Source of the DNA: an uncultured Gemmatimonadales bacterium
GTDB lineage: Bacteria; Gemmatimonadota; Gemmatimonadetes; Gemmatimonadales; GWC2-71-9
DNA length: 64,000 nt
Direction: 5' to 3'
Assembly: GCA_963846435.1 (NCBI GenBank)
Contig: CAWJVX010000001.1
Location: forward strand, 424,454 to 488,453
Part shown: positions 46,473 to 55,829 of the stretch, piece by piece
Position numbering within the stretch: position 1 is the first letter of the stretch
How the letters are laid out: each line of letters opens with the position of its first letter
Translations under genes and position numbers: made by a program
Notes under the pieces: generated by a model
What the model saw: the letters and a program-made list of their open reading frames with translations, nothing else
Database searches by the model: none
What the model was told of the DNA's origin: nothing

Positions 46473-47175
46473 GATTCCCCCGCAGTCTCGCCGTTCCAGC
46501 CACTGCTGCCGCCGCAAGGGCAGCAGTCTCGAATCTCAGAATGTTGGTCCCCAGCGCCACCGGCCGATATCTGGCGGCTACCAGCGCCGCCCGCTCCTCG
46601 GCTGTAAACCCACCCTCGGGTCCAATTACCACGACGAGCGGAGTGTCATCCAGCCTGTCCGGAGGGAGGACTCCGGCCGGATCGGCCAGCCAACCGCTGC
46701 CGGGATTGGGGCGGGTGAGAAACCTTTCCAGCGCGACCGTGGGCTCGATCGTGGGCGCCCAGGCTGCCCCGCACTGCTTAGTGGCCTCGAGCACCACGCG
46801 TCGAAGCTTCGCGGCGTGGACCTCCCGGAACCGCGTTGCCACGCCCGCGGTGTGCGCCGTGTCGAGGGGAACGATCGCGCTGACCCCGAGCTCGACTGCC
46901 TTTTCCGCCATCCAGGTGAACCGCTCCCGATCTCCTGCGGCAACAGCGAGCGTGAGGTGCGGTTGCGCCGGCTGGCGTTCCGCTGACTGGATCTCGACCA
47001 TCCAGTCCGGACCGACCCGCACCAATCGCCCCGTTCCGGTCAGCCCCGAGCCATCCAGCACCTCAACTCCCTCATCCTCCCGAGCCCGCCGCACACGCAG
47101 ATGATGCGCCTCGCTCTCGTCCAGACTCGCCCGCTTCCCCACCACCGCGCTGCCCGGCGAGATGAGCACCCTCAT
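46465..47175 (-). CDS. rsmE: 16S rRNA (uracil1498-N3)-methyltransferase
   Basis: ATG at 47175 (MRVLISPG...EAHHLRVRRA), then C-terminal VVIGPEGGFTAEE and LGTNILRFETAA. Confidence 0.85.
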   Translation of the reverse strand: MRVLISPGSAVVGKRASLDESEAHHLRVRRAREDEGVEVLDGSGLTGTGRLVRVGPDWMVEIQSAERQPAQPHLTLAVAAGDRERFTWMAEKAVELGVSAIVPLDTAHTAGVATRFREVHAAKLRRVVLEATKQCGAAWAPTIEPTVALERFLTRPNPGSGWLADPAGVLPPDRLDDTPLVVVIGPEGGFTAEERAALVAARYRPVALGTNILRFETAALAAAAVAGTARLRGNHG

Positions 47176-48011
47176 TGCAGGGCGGGAATGGCGGCCACCC
47201 CCCACCAGCCATCGTCCAGACTCTCACCAACCGGCGTGAAATCCGCCGTCCGGAGTGCCTGGAGGAACTCGGAGGCCTCCGTGTGCTCCATACCGGAGAA
47301 GATCACGCAGCCGTCCGGCTGAAGGGCTCTGGTGATCGAGGGGAGCAGTGCGGTGTTGGCGGTGCGAAGGATGTTCGAGAGGATCAGGTCGGCCGGTCCA
47401 ACTAGCGGAGCGAGAATGCCGGCGTCGCCTTCCAGAAACTCGACCCCGGCGGAAACACCATTGCGGTCGGCGTTCCGCATGGCGACCTCGTTGGCTTCGG
47501 CATCGGTCTCGATCCCGATGGCACATACTGCACCCAGCTTCACGGCTGCGATGGCCAGAATGCCGCTTCCACTGCCGAGGTCCAGCACCAGGTGGCCGGG
47601 TTGCAGCAGCTGCTCCAGCAGGGTCAGGGCGACGCGGGTGGAGCCGTGTTCCCCGCTGCCGAATGCGCTCTCAGGGTCGAGCACGACGGTGTGCTGGTCC
47701 GGATAGGCCGCTTCCGGCGCCCAGGAGGGAACAACCGTGAGCCGCCCGAAGCGCCGTGGCCCCAGGCCGTCACGCCAACGGGTGGACCAATCCACCGTTT
47801 CCAGCAGGCGGCGTTGAGTCTCGGTCGAGGGGTCGACCTCGCGCGCCAGCTGCGCCACGAGCGCTTCGGCACTGGCCTCATCAGCAGCAAAGGTGACCAG
47901 TGTTCCGTCGTCGCGCTCCTCCACCGCATGCCCAGTCCGGGCAACCAGCCACGCCGTTATCCGATCTCTTTGCTCCGCCGTCGGGCGCACGTCGATGGCC
48001 CACCAGCTCAT
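47172..48011 (-). CDS. prmA: ribosomal protein L11 methyltransferase
   Basis: ATG at 48011 overlaps the dnaJ stop (ATGA). AFGSGEHGSTR and DLGSGSGILAIAA motifs are present. Confidence 0.9.
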   Translation of the reverse strand: MSWWAIDVRPTAEQRDRITAWLVARTGHAVEERDDGTLVTFAADEASAEALVAQLAREVDPSTETQRRLLETVDWSTRWRDGLGPRRFGRLTVVPSWAPEAAYPDQHTVVLDPESAFGSGEHGSTRVALTLLEQLLQPGHLVLDLGSGSGILAIAAVKLGAVCAIGIETDAEANEVAMRNADRNGVSAGVEFLEGDAGILAPLVGPADLILSNILRTANTALLPSITRALQPDGCVIFSGMEHTEASEFLQALRTADFTPVGESLDDGWWGVAAIPALQ

Positions 48012-49126
48012 GCGCCCAGCGCTTCCTTGAGCTTGGACCAGAATCCCGGTGAGTGCTTGGGTGGCTCCCCCTCCAGCTTGGCCAACTCCTGGAGGAGCCG
48101 TTCCTGTTCGCTGGTCAGGCGCTCCGGGGTCCACACGTGCACCCGAACCAGCAGATCGCCTTTGCCATCCTGCCCCAGGATGGGAAGCCCCTTGCCTCGG
48201 AGCCGGAGCACTGTGTCGGTCTGGGTGCCGGACGGAATCCTCAGGTGTTCTTCGCCGTAAGGCGTCGGCACTGTGTGCTCGCCGCCGAGCGCTGCCTGCG
48301 AGAACGAGAGCGGAAGATCGTGGATGAGATCGTTGCCCTGCCGCTCGAAGCGGTCGTCGTCCTTGATGTCGATCATCACCAACAGATCGCCACTCGGACC
48401 TGCGCGCGGGCCAGCAGCACCCTGTCCCCGCAGGGTCAGGTAGTTATTGCTCGAGACGCCGGCAGGGATATCCACCGATACCGTGCGCTCCGCCCGTACC
48501 CGCCCCTCACCGCGGCAGACCTCGCACGGCTCGAGCACCAGCGACCCTTCCCCGTTGCAGGTGGGACAGGCGCCCACTGAGACAAACTGCCCGAGAATGC
48601 TGCGCGCTGCCCGGCGCACCTCGCCACTGCCGCCGCAGCTGGTACAGGTGGTCGGCCGCGTTCCGGCCTTGGCTCCGCTGCCGTTACACACGGTGCAGCG
48701 TTCCGGGCTCTTGATCTTGACTGTCTTCTTCACTCCCAGCGCCACTTCGGTCAGCGTGAGCCGGACCGTCACCCGCACGTCCTGACCCCGGCGCTCGTCG
48801 GTGCGGGATCGGCCCCCGCCGAAGATGGACTCGAATCCACCGAAGTCGCGCATGAAGATGTTGAGCGCTTCACTGAGATCGACATGATGGAACCCGAAGC
48901 CGCCCCCCGCACCGACCCCGGCCTTGCCGTAGCGGTCGTACGCCGAGCGCTTCTGGGCATCCCGGAGCACCTCGTAGGCCTCGGTGATCTCCTTGAACCG
49001 TGCCTCAGCCTCGGGGGCGGAGTTCCGGTCGGGGTGATACTCCATGGCTAGCTTGCGATACGCCTTCTTGATCTCCAGCTCGGTGGCCGTGCGCGTGACT
49101 CCGAGCAGCGTGTAAAAATCATTCAC
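48008..49126 (-). CDS. dnaJ: molecular chaperone DnaJ
   Basis: J-domain HPD (YHPDRN), a G/F-rich region and four CxxCxGxG zinc motifs. Confidence 0.95.
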   Translation of the reverse strand: MNDFYTLLGVTRTATELEIKKAYRKLAMEYHPDRNSAPEAEARFKEITEAYEVLRDAQKRSAYDRYGKAGVGAGGGFGFHHVDLSEALNIFMRDFGGFESIFGGGRSRTDERRGQDVRVTVRLTLTEVALGVKKTVKIKSPERCTVCNGSGAKAGTRPTTCTSCGGSGEVRRAARSILGQFVSVGACPTCNGEGSLVLEPCEVCRGEGRVRAERTVSVDIPAGVSSNNYLTLRGQGAAGPRAGPSGDLLVMIDIKDDDRFERQGNDLIHDLPLSFSQAALGGEHTVPTPYGEEHLRIPSGTQTDTVLRLRGKGLPILGQDGKGDLLVRVHVWTPERLTSEQERLLQELAKLEGEPPKHSPGFWSKLKEALGA

Positions 49127-50160
49127 TCCAGCAATCCCTCCACCAGACGGCTGGTGTGCTCCACCAGTCCGATGATCTTGTCATAAGGCATCCGGGTCGG
49201 ACCCATGACCCCGATCACCCCTTTGAGGCCGCCCGCCTCGTAGGAGGAGGTGACCAGGGTAAAATCGCTGAGTCTGGTGTCGGGGTTCTCTCCCCCGATG
49301 GTGATAGAGAGCCCCCGCTGCCGGCGCGACTGGAGTGCCTGTTTGAGCAGGTCCCGCCCCTCCGTTAGCCGGAGGAGTTCACGCATGCGGGAATTGGAGG
49401 CGAACTCCGGCTGGTCGGCCAGCATTTGGGCGCTGCCCAGCACAACCGTGCTGTCTTCGTTCGAAAGGTCGAACAGACCGTCCCCCTCGGCAATAAAGAT
49501 GTTCAACAGCTCGCGCCCACCCTCGCTCCCGGCAGCATCACGGAGGCGTTCCGGCAGGGTATTGCGAATCTCCTGGAGCGTGAGCCCTGCGAGCCGCTCG
49601 TTGAGTATCTGGGAGACCTGCTGGACCGAGGAAGCAGGGACCAGACCGGGAATCTCGACGAAAATGGTGCGGACCACCCCGCTGCGGAGGTTGAACACCA
49701 GCAACAGGCGCTCGGCGGCAACCTGAACCAGCTCCAGCCGCTCCATGACCATCTGATCCAGCGCGGGCGCAACGGCCACCCCCAGCTCCTGGGTCAGAAC
49801 GCCGAGCACCTGGGCCGCCCGGCGGAGCACCTCCTCCACCACGCTCCGGGTCCCGATCAGTTCCGATCGGAGGGTATTCTGCTCCTCATGACTCGGTGGC
49901 GAGAGCCGCATGATGGCATCCACGTACGTGCGGTAGGCCCGGTCGGTGGGTATCCGTCCAGCCGAGGTATGAGGGTGGAAGAGGTATCCCTTGTCCTCCA
50001 GCTCGCTCATGATGCTCCGGATGGTTGCCGGAGACACGCCGAGGCCGAACCGGCGGGCGATCGTCTGGCTGCCCGCCGGCTCGGCAGTCTCGATATACGT
50101 GTGCACGACGGCCTCGAGCACGCGCAGCTCTCGCTCACTCAGCTGGTCTGGGGTGGGCAT
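49123..50160 (-). CDS. hrcA: heat-inducible transcription repressor HrcA
   Basis: LSERELRVLEAVVHTYIETAEPAGSQTIA...SPATIRSIMSELEDKGYL.HPHTSAGRIPT. Confidence 0.95.
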   Translation of the reverse strand: MPTPDQLSERELRVLEAVVHTYIETAEPAGSQTIARRFGLGVSPATIRSIMSELEDKGYLFHPHTSAGRIPTDRAYRTYVDAIMRLSPPSHEEQNTLRSELIGTRSVVEEVLRRAAQVLGVLTQELGVAVAPALDQMVMERLELVQVAAERLLLVFNLRSGVVRTIFVEIPGLVPASSVQQVSQILNERLAGLTLQEIRNTLPERLRDAAGSEGGRELLNIFIAEGDGLFDLSNEDSTVVLGSAQMLADQPEFASNSRMRELLRLTEGRDLLKQALQSRRQRGLSITIGGENPDTRLSDFTLVTSSYEAGGLKGVIGVMGPTRMPYDKIIGLVEHTSRLVEGLLE

Positions 50161-50215
50161 GCACGAAATCTAGAGGCAGCGCTGGACCGTGAGAAGTGAA
50201 AGCGGCTTACCGGCC

Positions 50216-51319
50216 CTACACTGCAATGGAAGGCACCAGGGCGTCGAGCCGCAGCCATCCCTCAGGGGTGAGCTGCAACCGGCCCGCGCCGGTGGTGGCC
50301 CAGCCGGCCTCCTCCCACTGCCGGGTCAGCGGGGCCGGAACCTGATGCAACGCCAGCCCTTCGCTCGTCCGCAGGCCGAGGTAGAGCTCCTCCAGCGTTA
50401 CGGCAGCAGTGTCCAGGAATTCCCGGCCCTCCAGCGGGGACCTGCCTGACTCGATCAGCCTCTGGTAGGCAGCCCATTCCCGTACGTTCCAACGCCGCTC
50501 GTTGCCCGCCCCGCTGTGGGCAGCGGGACCCAAGCCGATGAACGGAGCACGGCGCCAGTAGGCCGAATTATGTCGGGCCCGGTGTCCGGGCCGCCCGGCA
50601 TTGGAGATCTCGTAGTGCTCGTACCCGTGAGTGCCCAGAACATCGTGTGCCAGCAGGAACTCCGTCGCGTAGCGGTCTTCATCCACCGGAGCAACCTCTC
50701 CCCGCTCGGTCCAGCGGCCAAGCGGAGTGTGCGCCTCCACCGTCAAGCCATAGAGCGACAGGTGCTCGGGCCCGAGCGCAAAGGCGCGCTCCAGATCCGC
50801 GGCCCAGTCTCGTCCAAGGGCCGCCGGCAAGCCGAAGATCAGGTCCAGCGACAGGTCCTCGATGCCGGAAGAACGGAGGGTCTCGACCGCCAGGGGAACA
50901 TGGTCCGCGGTATGGGTGCGATGCATCCACTCGAGCACCGCGGGGTCGAAGGACTGCACGCCCAGCGACACTCGGTTGACGCCGGCAGCACGCCAGGCGG
51001 CCGCCGCCGCAGTGGTCACATCTTCGGGATTGGCCTCCAGTGTTATTTCGGCATCGGCTGCAACGGCTCGGTCCGCTCCGATCTGGTGCAGCACCCGCGC
51101 GATGGAGAGCGGGGTGACTCGCGAGGGAGTGCCACCACCGAAGTAGATGGTTTGAACTTCGGACGAGAGGTCCCAGGCGGGATCGGCCTGCCGGAGATTC
51201 CACTCGCGGAGGACCGCATCGACATATGCCTCGGAGGGCACTTCGCGCCGGACGGCGATGGCAAAGTCGCAATAACTACACCGGCGGGCGCAGAAGGGGA
51301 CGTGGAGGTAGAGGTGCAC
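50216..51319 (-). CDS. hemW: radical SAM family heme chaperone HemW
   Basis: GTG start. LYLHVPFCARRCSYCDF carries the CxxxCxxC cluster, and a HemN_C-like tail follows. Confidence 0.9.
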   Translation of the reverse strand: MHLYLHVPFCARRCSYCDFAIAVRREVPSEAYVDAVLREWNLRQADPAWDLSSEVQTIYFGGGTPSRVTPLSIARVLHQIGADRAVAADAEITLEANPEDVTTAAAAAWRAAGVNRVSLGVQSFDPAVLEWMHRTHTADHVPLAVETLRSSGIEDLSLDLIFGLPAALGRDWAADLERAFALGPEHLSLYGLTVEAHTPLGRWTERGEVAPVDEDRYATEFLLAHDVLGTHGYEHYEISNAGRPGHRARHNSAYWRRAPFIGLGPAAHSGAGNERRWNVREWAAYQRLIESGRSPLEGREFLDTAAVTLEELYLGLRTSEGLALHQVPAPLTRQWEEAGWATTGAGRLQLTPEGWLRLDALVPSIAV

Positions 51320-51344
51320 ACAGGAATGTAGACGGGTGGGGGGC

Positions 51345-51385
51345 TGTCATCCTGAGCCGAACCTCGCGCGGGTGTCATCCTGAGC
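51345..51385. repeat. two direct copies of TGTCATCCTGAGC (28-nt period) in the dprA-hemW spacer
   Basis: Copies at 51345..51357 and 51373..51385. The second overlaps the last dprA codons and the stop. Confidence 0.6.
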
Positions 51386-52481
51386 GCCGGAACAGTCTCC
51401 CCGGACACTGCTCGATCACGCCCGCGATCTCGAGTCCAGAGATCAGCCCCAACACCTCCCCAATTGGCCGCTTGGATCTAGTAGCAAGCTCGTCAGGATG
51501 AATCGGATTCGCGCCCACCAGACCGGCCAGCTCCCGTTCTTCGAGCGAGAGTTGTTCCGGCAGCGGGCGGGATACCGGGGGAGAGACGGTCTTGGTGACT
51601 GTCGAGCCCATGAGGTCGGGAAAGTGCTGGAGGAGATCGGCCGGCTCGAGGACCGGGGCGGCACCATCTCGAATCAGCCGATTGGTCCCGGCTGAGAGAG
51701 GGCTGGTGATGTTGCCCGGCACGGCCATCACCTCCCTGCCCTGATCCAGTGCCGCGCCTGCCGTGATGAGGGCACCGGATCCGATGGCCGCCTCCACCAC
51801 AACGGTGACCCGGGAGAGCCCACTTATGAGCCGGTTTCGGCGGGGAAAGCTGCCCACGTGAGGACGCTCGCCCGGCGGGAATTCACTCAGCAGGAGACCC
51901 TCGCTGGCCACACGATCGTAGAGCGCCCGGTTAGCCGCCGGATAGATGACCCCGAGCCCGTTGCCGAGCACACCGATGGTGCTGCCGCCGGCATCGAGCG
52001 CTGCGGTGTGCGCAATGGCATCGAGCCCGCGAGCCATGCCGCTGACGATGACCACCCCTGCCTCGGCCACGGCACCGGCCAGGGAACGACAGGCAGCGGC
52101 ACCGTAGCTGGAATGGTCGCGGCTCCCCACGACGGCGGCAGCAGGGCGGAGCAGGAGCGAGTGATTCCCAAGGCTGAAAAGCACCGGTGGCGGATCCGGG
52201 ATCTCGCCCAGGAGTGGCGGATAGTCCGGGTCTCCCGGCACGACTACTACTGCACCCAGCCTGGAGGCATCGTCCGCGATCCGTCTGCCGGCCTCCAGCG
52301 GCGTCGCCTTGATAGCGGTGGCAATGGCCCGGGAAAATCCCGCCAAGGATCCTAAAAATGCAATCGGCGCCGAATGGGCGCCGATTGCGGTCTTGCAGGT
52401 GGAGAGGAGAGTCTGAAGTCGAGCCGCTCCCATTCCGGGAACCTGAGTGAGGGCCAGGTAGGCCACGCGCTCGTTGTCCAT
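51375..52481 (-). CDS. dprA: DNA-processing protein DprA
   Basis: A Rossmann-like DprA core (VVSGMARGLDAIAH, GVIYPAANR, VVVEAA..SGALITA) with a C-terminal wHTH. Confidence 0.9.
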   Translation of the reverse strand: MDNERVAYLALTQVPGMGAARLQTLLSTCKTAIGAHSAPIAFLGSLAGFSRAIATAIKATPLEAGRRIADDASRLGAVVVVPGDPDYPPLLGEIPDPPPVLFSLGNHSLLLRPAAAVVGSRDHSSYGAAACRSLAGAVAEAGVVIVSGMARGLDAIAHTAALDAGGSTIGVLGNGLGVIYPAANRALYDRVASEGLLLSEFPPGERPHVGSFPRRNRLISGLSRVTVVVEAAIGSGALITAGAALDQGREVMAVPGNITSPLSAGTNRLIRDGAAPVLEPADLLQHFPDLMGSTVTKTVSPPVSRPLPEQLSLEERELAGLVGANPIHPDELATRSKRPIGEVLGLISGLEIAGVIEQCPGRLFRRSG

Positions 52482-53513
52482 CTAGCTCTCCTCCTCCGCC
52501 AACCCGGCGCCGGCGTCGGCCACCTGGCTGGCCTTAGCCTGCCCGATCAGCCTCCAGAAGTACTCCTTGAGCTCGTCGAGGCCGGTGCCAGCGGCACTGG
52601 AAACCGTGCGTACCCCGAGAGCCTCGGGGGCGCGCAATTCGGGCAACGGGTGGTCGGCCGGGAGCAGGTCCCGCTTGGTCAGGACCACCACGTGCTCCTT
52701 GTCCGCCAATGCGCTGCTGTACTGCCGGACCTCACTGCGAAGTCCATCGTAGCTGGCCTGTGGATCCTGGCTATCGAGCGGAACCAGAAACGCCAGAATG
52801 CGGGTCCGCTCGACGTGCTGAAGGAAACGGAAGCCCAGCCCTTTGCCCTCGTGAGCCCCTTCAATGATGCCGGGTATGTCCGCCACCACGTACGACCGGT
52901 GCCCCGAGAGGCCTACCACGCCAAGGTTCGGCTCCAGCGTGGTGAACGGATAGTCTGCGATCTTGGGATGCGCCGCCGAGATGACCGAGAGTAAGGTGCT
53001 CTTCCCGGCATTGGGCTCTCCCACCAGTCCCACGTCGGCGATGAGCTTCAGCACCAGCTCGATCTGACGGTCCTCGCCCTCTTCGCCCGGCTCCCATTCG
53101 CGGGGGGCCTGGTGGGTGGAGGTGGCGAATCGGGCGTTGCCACGACCACCGCGACCACCGCGCGCCACCCGCAGCATGTCGCCGGCCTCGAGCACCTCGC
53201 CGATGAGATCGCCCGTCGTGGCATCGCGCACCACGGTACCCGGAGGGATCGGGAGGTAGACGTCCGACGAGGAGGCACCGGTCTTGGTGGCCCCCTTCCC
53301 GTGTTCACCTCGCTCGGCCTTCCACAGGTTGCGGTACCGATAGTCGAGCAGGGTGGCCAGGTTGGGGTCTGCCTTGACGTAGACGCTCCCGCCGTGGCCG
53401 CCGTCTCCCCCGTCGGGCCCGCCCTTGGGCTTGTACTTGAAGCGCGCGAATGAGCTGGCACCCGATCCACCGGTGCCGCCGACCACCCGCACCACCGCGC
53501 GATCTATGAGCAT
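52482..53513 (-). CDS. obg: GTPase ObgE/CgtA
   Basis: ATG at 53513 (MLIDRAVVRVVGGTGGSGASSF...GGPDGGDGGHGG). G1 GEPNAGKST, and G3/G4 motifs are present. The track ORF is extended by 170 codons. Confidence 0.95.
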   Translation of the reverse strand: MLIDRAVVRVVGGTGGSGASSFARFKYKPKGGPDGGDGGHGGSVYVKADPNLATLLDYRYRNLWKAERGEHGKGATKTGASSSDVYLPIPPGTVVRDATTGDLIGEVLEAGDMLRVARGGRGGRGNARFATSTHQAPREWEPGEEGEDRQIELVLKLIADVGLVGEPNAGKSTLLSVISAAHPKIADYPFTTLEPNLGVVGLSGHRSYVVADIPGIIEGAHEGKGLGFRFLQHVERTRILAFLVPLDSQDPQASYDGLRSEVRQYSSALADKEHVVVLTKRDLLPADHPLPELRAPEALGVRTVSSAAGTGLDELKEYFWRLIGQAKASQVADAGAGLAEEES

Positions 53514-54205
53514 CAGTCTCCCGGAGACCAACCCTCGCGCACGGTGCGCCAGAGCTGTTTGACTTTTTTCCACTGATCGAATGAGAGCAGTGGGTTTACG
53601 ATCGAGAGCACCCCTTCGATCTGGCCGAAGGTGGCGCCGGCATTGAGCGCGCCTCGGAGGTGCGAGTGAAGCTGACGAGGGGCCTCGAGGACCGCGGTCT
53701 GGGCCACGGTGCACAGCTCCCGGAGCTTGAGGTCGAGCCCGCCACGAGCGAGTGTGCGGCCGTATCCCTCGGTGATCATCCAGGAGTCGATGGCCGGATG
53801 CAGGGTTCGCACGCTCTCTCGGAGCTTCTGGTAGTTCTCGCCGTAGACCACGGCACACAACTCCTCGCCCCGGCGGGTCCATTCGGGGGCCCGGGCGTAG
53901 TCCTGATCCGGATCGATGGCGGGCCCCGCAACACCACTGAACTTGCGCCACACGGTAAAGGCAATGAGCGCCCTGGGATAGCCAACCATCAGGACGCTTT
54001 GCAGCAACAGCTCCTCGACCCATGCCACCGGTACCTGGGATGATCGCAGCGGCCCCACCCGCTCCCGGAGCTCCGGCTCGTAGCCTTGCGCGATAGCCGC
54101 GGCGAACCGGACGAGATCGCGCACCTGGGGATCGAGGCTGACCTGTTTCGCCATCATCATACCCGGTTTCGGGACGGCGCTCGGATCAAATCGATGCGTC
54201 GGCAT
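53513..54205 (-). CDS. carboxymuconolactone decarboxylase (AhpD-like) family protein
   Basis: Two CMD-like halves (LVRFAAAIAQG.., LRELCTVAQTAVLEAPRQLHSHLRGALNAGATFGQIEGVL). The start may be at the internal MMMAKQ. Confidence 0.55.
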   Translation of the reverse strand: MPTHRFDPSAVPKPGMMMAKQVSLDPQVRDLVRFAAAIAQGYEPELRERVGPLRSSQVPVAWVEELLLQSVLMVGYPRALIAFTVWRKFSGVAGPAIDPDQDYARAPEWTRRGEELCAVVYGENYQKLRESVRTLHPAIDSWMITEGYGRTLARGGLDLKLRELCTVAQTAVLEAPRQLHSHLRGALNAGATFGQIEGVLSIVNPLLSFDQWKKVKQLWRTVREGWSPGD

Positions 54206-54319
54206 TCATCCAAGCGCGCCGTCGCAGCGATTATCGAGCGTTTGTCACCGCAGAAGATAGTACGGGCACTGGGCTGCCGCCCCTTCAATATTGCTCCTGC
54301 ATCCTTAGCTTTCGCCGCG

Positions 54320-55829
54320 ATGCACGCACCAATCAGCCCTCTCCTCGTCGCGATGGCACTGGCCGGCGTGCTCACCCCGGCGCAGGCCACCGCTCAGGCT
54401 TCCCCCTACATCCCGCTCGACGATCCCCGCCTGCCGTTGCTCGAGCATTTGATCGCTCGGGGTGAGGTGGAGGATCCCTCGCCGATGATTCGCCCATTCC
54501 GCCGGGCCGATGCCGTTCGGGTGCTCGCCGCCGGGGACAGCGCCGCTCCTGCGTCGAGCGCGCCTCATCCGGCGCTTACGGCAAGACCTCGAGGACCCGG
54601 CGGGGAATCGTTGGCGGATCGAGGTGCGGGCCGGCGGCCAGGCGTACTCCCACGCCCGGCGGGAGCTGCTTCACCCGGCCGGCCCGGACGGCGCCCGGCC
54701 GTACGCCGAGCTCCGGGGTGAGGCGATATTCGGCAACCTCCTGCTGGTTACTCGACCCGTCGTGGAGCCTCGGCTCACCGGCGACCCCGACTGGCCTGGC
54801 CGGCAGGATGTCGATATTGCCGGCCGCATGGCCGACGCGTACTTGGGCGCCCAGTTCAAGTACGCCAGCGTCTTCTATGGCCAGATGGACCGGAATTGGG
54901 GCCCGGTAGGCCTGCCAGGCATACCGCTGAGCGGATACGGATACGAACGGCAGGGCCTCGCTCTCGAGATCGGTACCCACAAGCTGGGCCTGTCGGCCAT
55001 GGCGACCGAGCTCCAGGACGAAACCGACAGCCTGGGCCGTACCGTCCATCGGTACTACTTCGTCCATCGGCTGCACGCCGGCCTTTCGCGCCGGCTCGCG
55101 CTGGCGCTGTGGGAGGGAGTGGTTCTGGCCGGGGCCGATCGCAACTTCGAGACCCGCTATCGCAATCCACTGTCGCTCAGCTACCTGGCGAATACCCTCG
55201 GGCTGGGTGACCGGGGCAACGTGCTCCTCGGCGCCGACGTGCGCTGGCAGGCGTTTGGACGAACCACTTTCAACGCGCAGCTCGCCCTGGACGACTTCTG
55301 GTACCGCAACCGGCAGCGTAACCGGGATCGCTGGGCGTTTACGCTTGGCGCGGAAGGACCCCTCCTCGCCACCGCAGCCTGGCACGCCCTGTATACCCAG
55401 GTGTCGAGTTTGGCCCTGCGAGCGTTTGAGCGCGCCGACAACTTCACCGATGCCGGGGTGGGGATCGGGCGGAATTTCAGCGACCAGGATCAGCTTTCGC
55501 TCCGGGTGACGCTTCCGGTTCAGAGCCGTTGGCTGGTGTCGCCCGAGCTGACATTGCTGCGCCAGGGGGAGGGCCGGATCAACGATCCCTACCCTGAACC
55601 CGACGCCGGCGGGGTGCTCTCCACGCCGGCTCTCTTCATCGGAACCGTCGAGCGCACCTACCGCGCTGCGGTCGGGCTGAGCGGGCGGACCGGCCCCCTG
55701 GATCTCGCGGCCAACGCCGGCTTCCATCATGTCGTAAACAGCGGGCACCAGGAGGGTCGGACCGTCAACCGCTTCGAGGGACGGATTCAGGCGACGCTGG
55801 GGTTCTCACGGGGAGGAGTGGTCCAATGA
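54320..55829 (+). pseudogene. Wzi-like capsule-assembly outer-membrane protein, reading frame broken near 54555-54570
   Basis: The signal peptide and N-domain (MHAPISPLLVAMALAGVLTPAQATAQASPYIPLDDPRLPLLEHLIARGEV...) are in the frame of track ORF 54086..54721. The remainder (LIRRLRQDLEDPAGNRWRIEV... to 55829) is in the frame of ORF 54510..55829. Confidence 0.5.

Noticed and set aside
50161-50215. Expected CIRCE operator (TTAGCACTC-N9-GAGTGCTAA) upstream of hrcA.
   Set aside because: I could not find a match to either half-site in this spacer or at the dnaJ/hrcA junction. No feature is reported.
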